NCBI GenBank assembly: GCA_965205675.1
Contig: OZ242186.1
Location: 1,632,001 to 1,696,000, forward strand
Length of the DNA: 64,000 nucleotides
Direction: 5' to 3'
Origin: Nitrosopumilus sp.
Lineage (GTDB): Archaea; Thermoproteota; Nitrososphaeria; Nitrososphaerales; Nitrosopumilaceae
The position numbers and the translations under genes are program-made. The notes below the pieces were generated by a model. That model was not told where the DNA came from and did no database searches. It saw only the letters and a list, made by a program, of their open reading frames with translations. Positions 10,195 to 20,458 of the stretch are shown in pieces. How positions within the stretch are numbered: position 1 is the stretch's first letter; each line of letters opens with the position of its first letter.

Positions 10195-10849
10195 ATTTCT
10201 TTTTAACCTCTTGTGCTTGTTTTATTGGCTTGCCCATCGTAGTTTTAATTAAAATCTTTTTTATATTTTTCTCCCCGTTTGGTAATTTCTTTTCAATTGC
10301 ACTTAGAACTGTATGTGCATTAATTGTTAAATCTGAATCTTCCATAGTCACATCTCCAATTTTTGATGAAATTGATAATGATGCTCTTGTTCTTACTTTG
10401 ATACAAGTTCTGAATCTCTCTAGAAATGCTTCAATGGATGCATCAAAAGGAACTGGTGTTGGCATTTTTCCTCTTGGACCTAAAAGTTGACCTAATGTTT
10501 TACCTACAATTGGCATAACTTTTGTGTCTGCCAAAAAGAAATCATGTTTGTTAATGAATTTACGAGATTCTCTTTTGTTAGCTCCGAACTTTTCTAATTC
10601 TTCTGTTCCAATCACTGTATCTGCTTTTGCAGCTTTTGCCTTTTGGCTCATATCTCCTGTAGCTATAATGCAAACTGTTGCAGGAGAGCTTGTTTTTGGA
10701 AGCTGAACAACTTCGTTAATTGCAAATCCTTTTTTTACATCAATATCCTTGAAAGTGACGATTAGTTCTATGGATTGTTTAAATTTCCTCTCTTTTGTTG
10801 TAGCCTTTACCTTTTTTACCATTTCAGTAAGTTGAGTATCCGTAATCAT
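10187..10849 (-). CDS. rpl1: 50S ribosomal protein L1
   Basis: RKFKQSIEL, LGPRGKMP and KTTMG motifs. Confidence 0.95.
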   Translation of the reverse strand: MITDTQLTEMVKKVKATTKERKFKQSIELIVTFKDIDVKKGFAINEVVQLPKTSSPATVCIIATGDMSQKAKAAKADTVIGTEELEKFGANKRESRKFINKHDFFLADTKVMPIVGKTLGQLLGPRGKMPTPVPFDASIEAFLERFRTCIKVRTRASLSISSKIGDVTMEDSDLTINAHTVLSAIEKKLPNGEKNIKKILIKTTMGKPIKQAQEVKKKYA

Positions 10850-11182
10850 TACGAAACAATTTTTAGAAAACCTACTTAAAATCGTTTAGTGGGCATACAA
10901 GGTCTATTTAAAATACGAAATATTCTCTATCTAATTTAGTGAGTCTAGAAACCATGTCTCTCTGAATTGACGTGATTCTGCCACCTCCAAGCGCTGGATC
11001 GCACAACGTCAGATGAAAAATGATGATAAAATCATACCTGCAAAGACTAAGAAAGTAATGCATACTTGGATGATGTCTCAATACAACAAAATCTAGAATC
11101 AAAGTCATATTATATAATTTCAGTATTTACCCTGTTTTCAATATATTAAATGTATATGATTATACTGCATTATACATGGTAT

Positions 11183-11270
11183 AATGTCAACAACAATCAA
11201 AATATCAACTAAAACAAGAGAAATTCTTGCAGAGCAAAAATTGCATACTGATGAAACACTATACTCAATA
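11183..11270 (+). pseudogene. Possible truncated small antitoxin/DNA-binding protein
   Basis: MSTTIKISTKTREILAEQKLHTDET resembles archaeal TTIxISxxT antitoxin N-termini; the sequence degrades afterwards. Confidence 0.35.
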
Positions 11271-11507
11271 ACAAAAACTCGTCACCCTATTTTGAACTCT
11301 ATTTACGTACATTGTAGATTCAAGTTTAAATTTCAGGAATTAGTATAATTTGGAAGATTTTGGGTCATGAATATTTGTTAGACAGTATATGTAAGCCAAT
11401 ACGAAGGCATTCTCTCAAATAACAGTTCAGGTGATCATCTAGAAAAGTATGATTTTTGGAATTACAAAAATTCGAATCATTTTAAGCATAGTTCAAATGT
11501 ATAATCT

Positions 11508-12059
11508 TTGTTGAATAAGACCACATTGATAGGAATTGTACTTGCAGTGGTTGTTATAATTTTAATGATTGCAGGATTTGTTGTATATGAGACCAGACAA
11601 ACCCCTCTAGTAACACAACAAGATCTTGGACTAGAACCATTATCATTTGAAACTAAAATTTTGTATATTGATTCCAGTCTTGTAGATTGTGTAGGAGTAG
11701 GACCACAACAATGTATGTTGGTAAAAGAAAATCCTAATTCTGAATGGGAGCTGTTCTATGATAGTATAGAGGGATTTGAGTATCAAGAAGGAACCGAATA
11801 TAAGATTAGTGTCACAATTACAGAAATACAGAACCCTCCAGCGGATAGCTCTTCTTTGAAATATATTCTAGTGGAAATTTTAGAATCAGTTGCGGACAGT
11901 TGTCAATTGGAACCTGATCCTGGTTTGTGTAAGGCTTACATGCCAAAATATTATTTTGATAAGGTAACTAACTCTTGTCAGGAATTTATCTGGGGAGGTT
12001 GTGGAGGAGTAATTCCATTTGAGATGATGGAGAATTGTACGCAGCAATGTGAGAATTAA
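11508..12059 (+). CDS. Membrane-anchored DUF4377 + BPTI/Kunitz protease-inhibitor domain protein
   Basis: N-terminal TM; DCVGVGPQQC...IEGFEYQEG...PPADSSSLKY (DUF4377-like); C-terminal six-Cys Kunitz pattern with FIWGGC. Confidence 0.85.
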   Translation: MLNKTTLIGIVLAVVVIILMIAGFVVYETRQTPLVTQQDLGLEPLSFETKILYIDSSLVDCVGVGPQQCMLVKENPNSEWELFYDSIEGFEYQEGTEYKISVTITEIQNPPADSSSLKYILVEILESVADSCQLEPDPGLCKAYMPKYYFDKVTNSCQEFIWGGCGGVIPFEMMENCTQQCEN

Positions 12060-12323
12060 AAAATCACATACAAAATGACTAATCATACTATAAATCATAC
12101 AAGTCTTGACTATTAAGACAGGTCTCTATCAATAATCTTTTCATGAGATTCTGAATTTGATTTGTTCTCGTAACTACCATTACTAAGATCATTTAGAGAT
12201 TGAGTTTTTTGCCAATCATTTATTTTAAAAAATTACATATTTTTGTCTAAATTATTACAATTAAGATAAAAATTATGCTGAAAACCTACATATATTAAAT
12301 CAGAATCATATTTTTCAAATACG

Positions 12324-12779
12324 TTGCATCGTTTTGACGAATTAGATATGAAATTACTTTATGAATTGACTGCTGATGGTTCTATCTCTGTTCCTGTTTT
12401 ATCAAAAAAACTTGGGATTAATGCTTCAGTACTTTATAGTAGGATTAAGCGATTGATGAAGAAAAAACTCATCAAAAAATTTACCATTGAAATTGATGAT
12501 TCTCTGTTGGGAATAGGAGTCAAGGCTTCAGTTGGAATCAACAGAGATCCAAAATTCAAGGATGCCATTCATAAAAAATTCATGGAGACTGCAGAAGTGG
12601 TATCTATTTCTGAAGTAACTGGCAGATTCGATATCATAATTCATGTCTATGCCAAGAATTTAGAATTTCTTCATTCAGTTGTCATTGAAAAAATTGGAAA
12701 AGTTGAAGGTATTCAAAACACTGAAACATTTGTACAATTACAGAAAACCAACAAAGATCCTGTCTATTTGATCAAGTAA
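12324..12779 (+). CDS. Lrp/AsnC family transcriptional regulator
   Basis: DELDMKLL...HTH, VTGRFDII, TETFV. Confidence 0.9.
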   Translation: MHRFDELDMKLLYELTADGSISVPVLSKKLGINASVLYSRIKRLMKKKLIKKFTIEIDDSLLGIGVKASVGINRDPKFKDAIHKKFMETAEVVSISEVTGRFDIIIHVYAKNLEFLHSVVIEKIGKVEGIQNTETFVQLQKTNKDPVYLIK

Positions 12780-13259
12780 TTATTGGAATTTTTCATCCCA
12801 CTTGCCGTCATTAACTTCGGCAGTGATCTCTTTTGGAGTTTTTCCTTCTACTTTAATTCCTAATGCCAGACATGTTCCAATGATTGTTTTTGCAACTGCT
12901 TTTAATGACGAAGAATAAGACTTTTCAAGTTTTGTATTTGCTACTTTGACAATTGCATCCATTGTGACATCTCCTGCCCATTCGGTACCTGATGCTCCTG
13001 AGCCTTTTTGGACTCCTGCTTCTTTCATGATTAGTGCAGCAGCTGATGGAATTCCGATCTCAATTTCATATTTTTTAGTGTCTGTATCGACAATTACTGT
13101 TACTGGAACTTTCATTCCTTCAAAATCTTTTGTTTTATCGTTAATTGCTTGAATTACTTCCATGATGTTAACTCCTAGAGGGCCCAATGCTGGACCCAAC
13201 GGTGGGCCTGCTGATGCTCCTCCTCCTGTTACAAGTGATGATACTTTTTGTTCTCCCAT
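12780..13259 (-). CDS. rpl11: 50S ribosomal protein L11
   Basis: GPPLGPALGPLGVN motif. Confidence 0.96.
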   Translation of the reverse strand: MGEQKVSSLVTGGGASAGPPLGPALGPLGVNIMEVIQAINDKTKDFEGMKVPVTVIVDTDTKKYEIEIGIPSAAALIMKEAGVQKGSGASGTEWAGDVTMDAIVKVANTKLEKSYSSSLKAVAKTIIGTCLALGIKVEGKTPKEITAEVNDGKWDEKFQ

Positions 13260-13294
13260 GTTAAATCAAACTCAAATTCAAAATTTAATTCTTC

Positions 13295-13759
13295 CTAAGT
13301 CTCACTAGACAGCTTTAGGTAGTTTGCGTCTACTGTGACTGGTAATTGATATGATGCATCTAACAACACTACAGTTGCTTCTTCTTTCTCTACATCAATT
13401 CTGGTGATTGTTGCCTTCATTCCTTTGAATGGTCCACCTGTAATTTCTACTACATTATCTACTGTTAATTGTGATACTGTTGATTTCTTGATTAGATATC
13501 CTTCGATATCTTTGAATTCTAACTCTCCTCTTAATTGACCTCTGATGTGTCTCACTCCTTCTACTGCCATGTAAGCATCACTTGGATTGATTGCCTCAAT
13601 AACGACGTATCCTTTTAGATTATCTACTAGTAAAACTGATTGAATATTAATTTGATCTATGTTAGCTTTGGCTTCTAACAATCTCATTACAACTTTTTCT
13701 TGTCCCCCTGTAGTTCTTATTGCAAACAAGTGTGATTTTACTTCCTCAGACAATTTCAT
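13295..13759 (-). CDS. spt5: Transcription elongation factor Spt5 (NusG)
   Basis: RTTGGQE NGN domain; VEITGGPFKG KOW motif. Confidence 0.95.
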   Translation of the reverse strand: MKLSEEVKSHLFAIRTTGGQEKVVMRLLEAKANIDQINIQSVLLVDNLKGYVVIEAINPSDAYMAVEGVRHIRGQLRGELEFKDIEGYLIKKSTVSQLTVDNVVEITGGPFKGMKATITRIDVEKEEATVVLLDASYQLPVTVDANYLKLSSET

Positions 13760-13929
13760 CTACCATATGTAAGTACAGAAAAGACAAACTGAATTGTAAA
13801 ACCAATAGCTCCTACTCCTGCTATTCCTAACAAAACAAGTCTAAGATGTTGTTGATACTCGTCTTTGTCTGGCTTTTTGGCCATTTTCATGGTGTTGGCC
13901 ATATTTTTCAAAGTCTGCCTAGGGTTCAT
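13756..13929 (-). CDS. secE: Protein translocase subunit SecE/Sec61-gamma (not in the ORF track)
   Basis: Translated by hand: MNPRQTLKNMANTMKMAKKPDKDEYQQHLRLVLLGIAGVGAIGFTIQFVFSVLTYGR; KP motif plus TM; sits upstream of spt5. Confidence 0.9.
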   Translation of the reverse strand: MNPRQTLKNMANTMKMAKKPDKDEYQQHLRLVLLGIAGVGAIGFTIQFVFSVLTYGR

Positions 13930-13968
13930 TGTTGGAAATTAATAAGGTGTCTTTATATCTCTTATCTC

Positions 13969-14745
13969 ATGGAACTACTAATCGCGTATCAGGATGATCC
14001 TGCAGGTCATAATATGGCAAAATATCTTTCAAAAGATATGACTTTGAAAGATGATATTTTTTATGGGAAATATTATGATCTTGTTATTATTCCCACACCT
14101 ACAATTTCTGCAGATTGGTTAGAAGAAAAATATGATTATGATGGATTTATTTTTCTTTCAAAACATACTGCAGAATCTGGAGTTTTAGCTTTAACATGTC
14201 ATAGTACTGGAAATTTTTCTACTGCAAAATCTGGTGGAAATGATAGACAAATAGCAATCCCCAAGTCTGATCTTCAAAAAATATATCTTCAAACCTTGAA
14301 AAAGAATCAGTCAAAATTTTCTGATTTTCAAATTATCATAGAGGCAACACATCATGGTCCTACTGCATTAACAAAACCTTCAATATTTATCGAGATTGGC
14401 ACAACTGAGAAACAATGGAAGGATGAATCCTTATGCAATTCTGTTGCATCATTAGTTCATCAGGTATTGTCAGAGCCAATTCCTAAACACCCTGTGGCAA
14501 TTTGTTTTGGTGGAACTCATTATTCCTCAAAATTTACAAATGAGTTGTTGAATGGAAAATATGCCCTTGGAACAGTTGTTCCCAAACATGCTTTAGATGA
14601 TCTGGATGAAGAATTATTTTCTCATATTTTAGTTCAGAATAGTAGTGCAAAGGCTGCTCTTCTAGATTGGCGCGGGTTAGGTCCACACAAACAAAAAGTA
14701 TTTAATTTTCTTAAATCTACAAAACTTGAGGTTGTCAAACTTTGA
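13969..14745 (+). CDS. dtdA: D-aminoacyl-tRNA deacylase (archaeal DtdA)
   Basis: FLSKH, CHSTGN, EATHHGP, FIEIG and GGTHY motifs; start moved to the ATG downstream of secE. Confidence 0.9.
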   Translation: MELLIAYQDDPAGHNMAKYLSKDMTLKDDIFYGKYYDLVIIPTPTISADWLEEKYDYDGFIFLSKHTAESGVLALTCHSTGNFSTAKSGGNDRQIAIPKSDLQKIYLQTLKKNQSKFSDFQIIIEATHHGPTALTKPSIFIEIGTTEKQWKDESLCNSVASLVHQVLSEPIPKHPVAICFGGTHYSSKFTNELLNGKYALGTVVPKHALDDLDEELFSHILVQNSSAKAALLDWRGLGPHKQKVFNFLKSTKLEVVKL

Positions 14746-15041
14746 ATCTACAAGAAAAGATCTACAAAAAATTGCTTAAAGTACCTAAAGGACAAATCAC
14801 AACTTATGGTGAATTGGCAAAAGCTGTTGGATTAAAAAATGGTCAACGAGCAGTAGGAAAAATTATGAATAAAAATCCATATCCTGTGATTATACCTTGT
14901 CATAGAGTTGTAATGTCTACTGGTAAGATTGGTGGATATGCATATGGGGAGCATGTTAAGACTAAGATGTTAAACGATGAGGGAATTAACATTCAAAATG
15001 GTAAGATTGTAGATTTAGAAAATAAAATTTATCGATTCTAA
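14742..15041 (+). CDS. ogt: MGMT family (O6-methylguanine-DNA methyltransferase-like) protein
   Basis: TTYGELA, RAVG, IPCHRVV active-site motif. Confidence 0.9.
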   Translation: MNLQEKIYKKLLKVPKGQITTYGELAKAVGLKNGQRAVGKIMNKNPYPVIIPCHRVVMSTGKIGGYAYGEHVKTKMLNDEGINIQNGKIVDLENKIYRF

Positions 15042-15493
15042 TCTTTTCGTTTTTCTTTGATTTCTTCCATCAAAGTCCTAAGGTGGGCTTTGTTTCTAAC
15101 TGTGTTTCCACCTACTTTCTTGTAAAGGGCCCAAAACTCTGGATTGGTTAAATCTTTTCTATCTTTTGCAATTTTCAATAATCGCCTCAATGCTCTAACT
15201 TTGGCAACATAGACTTCTTTTTTACCGACTCTTGCACCTTTCCTTCCTTGTTTAGAACCTTGAGTAGTCCCTCTTTTATTTTTCTGGGCTTTCTTTTCAT
15301 GTGCTCTTCCTTTTGATGTCCCTGTAAATGATCTAATTTTGATTGTGTTTGCTGTGATTAGACTTCGTATGTTTTCTCTTGTAATTGCATCTGCAATGTC
15401 ATCTAAATGATCTGTATCAAATTTAATTCTATGAACTCCCACACCAGTAACTCTGGCTGCAAGTCTCTTCTTAGCTTTAAGATTTACTACCAC
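15038..15493 (-). CDS. rpl19e: 50S ribosomal protein L19e
   Basis: KRLAARV, AITRENIRSLI, GRKGAR, KVGGN. Confidence 0.95.
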   Translation of the reverse strand: MVVNLKAKKRLAARVTGVGVHRIKFDTDHLDDIADAITRENIRSLITANTIKIRSFTGTSKGRAHEKKAQKNKRGTTQGSKQGRKGARVGKKEVYVAKVRALRRLLKIAKDRKDLTNPEFWALYKKVGGNTVRNKAHLRTLMEEIKEKRKD

Positions 15494-15881
15494 TTGCACT
15501 CACTCTTGCATTAAAAATCTTGAATTTTTGTTCAATTGCTTTAACAATAATCTCTTTTCTTTTTTTAGTACCTACACTGTGTCCAAATCTAACTCCATCT
15601 TTTTTTGGGTCTAATTTTTCTAAATCAGCTAAGTTGAAAACTAAATTATCTGTAAATCCTGATGGGTGTAACCCTCTTGCACTTTTAGGTCCGCCATATC
15701 CTATTTTGACAAGACCCGGACGGCCTCTACTTTTTTGTTTTCTTTGATGGTGATCGATACCTTTTGGTTTCCTCCAATTAGTTTGAAGTCTAACATAACG
15801 CCAACTTTCTGGTCTAGTAAAATCTGGATTGTGTTCTTTTACTTCTTGTCTTTTTGCAATCTTTTCTTTGTTAATAGGCAT
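15477..15881 (-). CDS. rpl32e: 50S ribosomal protein L32e
   Basis: WRKPKGID and RGLHPSG motifs. Confidence 0.95.
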   Translation of the reverse strand: MPINKEKIAKRQEVKEHNPDFTRPESWRYVRLQTNWRKPKGIDHHQRKQKSRGRPGLVKIGYGGPKSARGLHPSGFTDNLVFNLADLEKLDPKKDGVRFGHSVGTKKRKEIIVKAIEQKFKIFNARVSASGSKS

Positions 15882-16027
15882 CAAATTGACTTTCGAATTT
15901 TGGAATAAATACGTTTAGATGATTTCACATTATCTATAAGAAAAAGATAATAAGGAAACTTAGGGCGGATCGAATATCTCATGAATCTACCTGGGATTGA
16001 TAACATTATTTCTGGAGGCACAATCCT

Positions 16028-17632
16028 CTGACTCAAGTACTTGGTACTGCAGTAACTGAGAAGTTTTCCTCTCAATTGATAACTTTTGGAATCAAACCTT
16101 CCAAAGTTCACAGAAATCTAAGTACTGATGAAATGGTAAAATTAGCAGTTGAGCGAAATGAAGGCGTTGTAAATTCGACGGGCTCACTTTCAGTAAATAC
16201 TGGAAAATATACAGGCAGATCTCCTGATGACCGCTTTATCGTATATGATGATAAAACTCATAATACTATTGATTGGGGAAAAATCAACCATCAATTTCCA
16301 AGTGGTAAATTTGAAAAACTATTTGAAAAAATGAAAAATTTTGTTGATAATAAAGAACTTTTTATTTTTGATGGTTTTGTAGGTGCAGATCCTGAAACTC
16401 GTTTGTCGATTAGAGTAATCAATGACCATGTTTGGCAAAATATGTTTTCTAGCAATTTGTTTATTCGTCCTACAAATGATGAATTAAAAAAACATGATCC
16501 TGAATTTACTATTTTATGTATTAATGATTTTGTAGCTGATCCAAAAACTGATGGTACGAGAACTGATATTTTTATTTTAATTGATTTGACAAGAAAAATT
16601 ATTTTGATTGGTGGCACAGAATATGCCGGCGAAATGAAAAAATCAATGTTTGGTGTAATGAATTTTCTCTTACCCGAACGTGGGATTTTTCCAATGCACT
16701 GTTCTGCAAATATTGGTGAGAAGGGCGACACAGTTTTGTTCTTTGGATTGTCTGGTACTGGTAAAACTACTCTTTCAGCAGACCCTAACAGAAAATTAAT
16801 TGGAGATGATGAGCATGGTTGGTCTGATACTGGCACATTTAATTTCGAAGGAGGATGTTATGCAAAATGTATTAATCTCAGCCAAGAAGCAGAACCTGAA
16901 ATTTGGAATGCAATCAAACCTGGTGCTCTCTTAGAAAATGTCGTGTTAAATGATAATGTTCCAGATTATGATGATAACTCTTTAACTGAAAATACTCGTG
17001 TTGGATATCCCTTAGATTACATTCCCGGAGCTGTAATTCCAAGTGTTGGCGGTAATCCTCATGTAATTGTATTTTTGACTGCCGATGCATTAGGTGTTTT
17101 ACCTCCTGTTTCTAGACTTACCAAGGAAGGAGCAATGTATCATTTCATGTCTGGATATACTAGTAAATTGGCTGGAACCGAAAGGGGTATCAAAGAACCG
17201 AAATCTGTATTCTCTCAATGTTTTGGAGCCCCATTCATGTCTAGACCTGCATCCGTTTATGCAAAACTTCTTGGTGAAAAAATTAATCAACATAATACTG
17301 TAGTTTATTTGGTTAACACTGGGTGGTCTGGTGGTCCTTATGGTGTTGGGAAACGAATCAAGATCAAATATAGTCGTGCTATGGTCACTGCTGCTCTTTC
17401 AGGTGCACTTGATATTGTAAAATATAGACATGATGATTTGTTCAATCTTGATATTCCTACAGAAATTGAAAATGTTCCCTCTGAAATTTTAGATCCAAAA
17501 AATACTTGGATTGACAAAGATTCGTACGATCTTTCTGCTAAAAAACTAGCACAAATGTTTACTGAAAACTTTAAAAAGTTTGAAAATGTTTCATCTGAAA
17601 TAGTTGATGCTGGTCCTAAAATTTCACAGTAA
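16028..17632 (+). CDS. pckA: Phosphoenolpyruvate carboxykinase (ATP); start is either CTG 16028 or TTG 16076
   Basis: TGRSP, YAGEMKK, MHCSAN, GLSGTGKTT, GDDEHGW, NFEGGCYAK. Confidence 0.95.
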   Translation: MTQVLGTAVTEKFSSQLITFGIKPSKVHRNLSTDEMVKLAVERNEGVVNSTGSLSVNTGKYTGRSPDDRFIVYDDKTHNTIDWGKINHQFPSGKFEKLFEKMKNFVDNKELFIFDGFVGADPETRLSIRVINDHVWQNMFSSNLFIRPTNDELKKHDPEFTILCINDFVADPKTDGTRTDIFILIDLTRKIILIGGTEYAGEMKKSMFGVMNFLLPERGIFPMHCSANIGEKGDTVLFFGLSGTGKTTLSADPNRKLIGDDEHGWSDTGTFNFEGGCYAKCINLSQEAEPEIWNAIKPGALLENVVLNDNVPDYDDNSLTENTRVGYPLDYIPGAVIPSVGGNPHVIVFLTADALGVLPPVSRLTKEGAMYHFMSGYTSKLAGTERGIKEPKSVFSQCFGAPFMSRPASVYAKLLGEKINQHNTVVYLVNTGWSGGPYGVGKRIKIKYSRAMVTAALSGALDIVKYRHDDLFNLDIPTEIENVPSEILDPKNTWIDKDSYDLSAKKLAQMFTENFKKFENVSSEIVDAGPKISQ

Positions 17633-17633
17633 A

Positions 17634-19661
17634 TTATTTTTTCTTTAGTATTCCAAATACTCCAATCCCAATTACGATTACGCTAATTATCATAATTTGT
17701 TTTTCTGGAATATCTAGCATGTTTACTCTCTCTTGATTTTCATCAAGCGAGTTAATTTCGATTGTATTAAATGCATTTGATGTAGTTCCGTTGACTCGGA
17801 TTTTGGCATCTATCCAATATTTTGAATTTTTATAAATTTCTATTGATGCGTTCTTATCTGGTGTGGCAGTAGTAGTAGTCGTCTTTCCATTTTTACTGTC
17901 TGTAACTAGAATTTTTGCAAAACTCCATTCTTCTGGATGATAAATATCCAAGTAAATCTTTTGTTCTTGTTGAGTTATGGAAATAGAACCTGGTGTATAT
18001 TGTAATAAGAATGGTATAACATAATGAATGTCCTCATGATTAATTCTTATTTTTCCTTCATGTTCCCCAAATTTATTTCCACTTACATTCATTTTAACAA
18101 CTAATGTGTTTTCTTCAAGAATGTATTCAAACTTGATAAATTCTGGACCTACAAATTTTACATCCAAATTCTCTAATGTCCCATCTAATAATTTTAATTC
18201 TAATTTTTGCTCTACAATTGATTTTTCTGATGATGCATTAACTACAAAATTTGGAGGAATTATGATTAATTTTGCATTATATGCATTTTCGATATCCAAC
18301 CTGCCTGCCCCTGCTTCATGAATTGAAAATTCTTGACCGTAGGCGTCTGATACATCTCTCACTGTAGTCAATAGCAGTGATTTTATCTCATAATTGTAAA
18401 GTTCTGGATTTTTTTGTAGTAATAATGCTGCTGCGCCACTTACATGAGGTGCAGCATAACTTGTTCCACTTGTAAAATTATATCCTGCATTGTTTTGTGT
18501 GGTATTGATGTATGCTCCAGGAGCTACTATTTCTGGTTTAATGTAGAATGGTGATACTGGACCTCTTGAACTAAAATGTGTTACAAAATCTGGATTGTAA
18601 AACAAATGCATTATTCCTGTACTGTTTTGTCTCAACGCTTCTCTAATTTCTATCCCTTCATCTCTATCCATTGATACTACTGGGATTTGTGGCAAGTATC
18701 CTGTTTCAACAAATTCAGAAATTAGTTCTCCCAAAAAAATTCCTGGCTTGTTATTGTAAACAATTAATGCTTTGGCACCTGCATTTGCAGCATTTTTTTC
18801 CTTAATTGAAAAATATAATAGTTCTCCTTCTATGTCACTACCTCTTTCTACAAGTACTATGGAATTTTCAACATCTATTTTTTCTAGATCTGTCGTTTTT
18901 CCATACTCTCCAAAAATTATTTTTCCAGTAATTGCATTGTCTAGTTTTGAAGATCCGACCATTGGAATTACAGTGTATGGTTTATTGTCTATTTCTAATG
19001 TTGCAACTAGACTTGATGTCAAATTATTATATGTTGCACCAACTGTTACAGATCCAAAATTTCTTCCAGGACTACCAATTGTTTTTGTTTCTGGTCCATC
19101 ATTTCCTGCAGCAGTCACTACAAAGATTTTTTTTTCTAATGCTAGATTTACTGCATGTTCAATTTTCGGGTTTGTTTTATTTACTCCTAAACTAATATTG
19201 ATAATATCTGCTTTATCTTCAATTGCTTTCTGAATTGCTCTTGTGATTAAATTTGATGAAACACCTTCTCCGTCTTCTGAAACCTTGTAAGCTAAAATTT
19301 TTGCTTTGGGTGCAATACCTGTTATTTGTCCATCTGCTGCGATTACTCCTGCTACTTGAGTACCGTGACCATTTGTATCTAATGGAGGTTGACCTTCTTG
19401 AATGAAATTGTATCCTCCCACCACTTTTCCGTCTTCTCCCCATCCTAAAAGATCTGGATGATTAAAATCAACTCCAGTATCTATCACAGCTATCTTGATT
19501 CCGGTACCATCAATCCCTTCCATTCTTGGAATATCTGTTCCAACAAATGGTACACTTTTCTGTAAATAAGTCTGAATTTCATTTTCAAATTCTAATGCTT
19601 GTGATAAAACAAAAATTCCTAATAATACTGTTGTTAATGAGAAAATTACTATTATTTTCAC
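17634..19661 (-). CDS. S8 subtilisin-like serine peptidase with PA domain and C-terminal membrane anchor
   Basis: Catalytic triad motifs IDTG, HGTQVAG and GTSYAAPHV; PA insert (KNAANAGAKALIVYN); start approximate. Confidence 0.92.
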   Translation of the reverse strand: MKIIVIFSLTTVLLGIFVLSQALEFENEIQTYLQKSVPFVGTDIPRMEGIDGTGIKIAVIDTGVDFNHPDLLGWGEDGKVVGGYNFIQEGQPPLDTNGHGTQVAGVIAADGQITGIAPKAKILAYKVSEDGEGVSSNLITRAIQKAIEDKADIINISLGVNKTNPKIEHAVNLALEKKIFVVTAAGNDGPETKTIGSPGRNFGSVTVGATYNNLTSSLVATLEIDNKPYTVIPMVGSSKLDNAITGKIIFGEYGKTTDLEKIDVENSIVLVERGSDIEGELLYFSIKEKNAANAGAKALIVYNNKPGIFLGELISEFVETGYLPQIPVVSMDRDEGIEIREALRQNSTGIMHLFYNPDFVTHFSSRGPVSPFYIKPEIVAPGAYINTTQNNAGYNFTSGTSYAAPHVSGAAALLLQKNPELYNYEIKSLLLTTVRDVSDAYGQEFSIHEAGAGRLDIENAYNAKLIIIPPNFVVNASSEKSIVEQKLELKLLDGTLENLDVKFVGPEFIKFEYILEENTLVVKMNVSGNKFGEHEGKIRINHEDIHYVIPFLLQYTPGSISITQQEQKIYLDIYHPEEWSFAKILVTDSKNGKTTTTTATPDKNASIEIYKNSKYWIDAKIRVNGTTSNAFNTIEINSLDENQERVNMLDIPEKQIMIISVIVIGIGVFGILKKK

Positions 19662-19739
19662 AAAATTTGTAACTAATCTAACAAGTAAAAATGAATTGCT
19701 TACTAAAGCAATAAATTGAATCAATTTTTAAAGTCATCT

Positions 19740-20360
19740 ATGGGAAAATACACTCTTCCTGAAATGCCATATGCTTATGATGCATTAGAACCTCACATTG
19801 ATGCAAAAACAATGGAGATTCATCATACAAAACATCATCAAACATACACTGACAAACTAAATGCAGCTCTTGAAACTTGTCCTTCTGAAATTCAAGACAA
19901 AGATATTCTAGACATCTTGTCTGATATCAAATCTGTTCCAGAAGACAAAAGAGGTGCAATTAACTTCAACGGTGGTGGTTATGATAACCATAGGCTATTC
20001 TGGAATAACATGAAACCAAATGGAGGTGGAGAACCTGGAGGATCTATTGCTGATGCAATCAATGATTCTTTTGGAAGCTTTTCTAACTTCAAAGAGAAAT
20101 TTTCATCTACAACAGCTGTAATTCAAGGCAGTGGTTGGGGATGGTTGGTATACAATCCTTCTTCTGGAAAGGTTGAATACAAATCAATGCCAAATCAAAC
20201 TAGTCCACGAACTGAAGGATTAGTACCTTTACTAGGCTGCGATGTATGGGAACATGCATACTATCTCAACTACCAAAACAAAAGACCTGTCTATATTGAG
20301 GCATGGTGGAATGTATTAAACTGGAATGAAGTAGAATCTAGATTCTCTAAAGCAAAATAA
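19740..20360 (+). CDS. sod: Fe/Mn superoxide dismutase
   Basis: HHTKHH, NHRLFW and DVWEHAYY motifs. Confidence 0.96.
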   Translation: MGKYTLPEMPYAYDALEPHIDAKTMEIHHTKHHQTYTDKLNAALETCPSEIQDKDILDILSDIKSVPEDKRGAINFNGGGYDNHRLFWNNMKPNGGGEPGGSIADAINDSFGSFSNFKEKFSSTTAVIQGSGWGWLVYNPSSGKVEYKSMPNQTSPRTEGLVPLLGCDVWEHAYYLNYQNKRPVYIEAWWNVLNWNEVESRFSKAK

Positions 20361-20458
20361 AGTTAAATCTTTATTTTTTTTATTTCTTAATTTGTTCTTA
20401 ATTGAATTTTTTAAATCTATGAATGAATTTATAACCATCAGTGGAATGTTTGATGTAC

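Noticed and set aside
8313-10849. rpl12 detached from and convergent with rpl1-rpl10
   Set aside because: As far as I recall this is the usual Nitrosopumilaceae arrangement, and no mobile-element scars are visible
10908-11108. 66-aa ORF upstream of rpl1
   Set aside because: No recognisable motif; probably a chance frame across decayed fragments
13846-13968. Long N-terminal extension of dtdA in the ORF track
   Set aside because: It overlaps secE on the opposite strand; the likely start is ATG 13969
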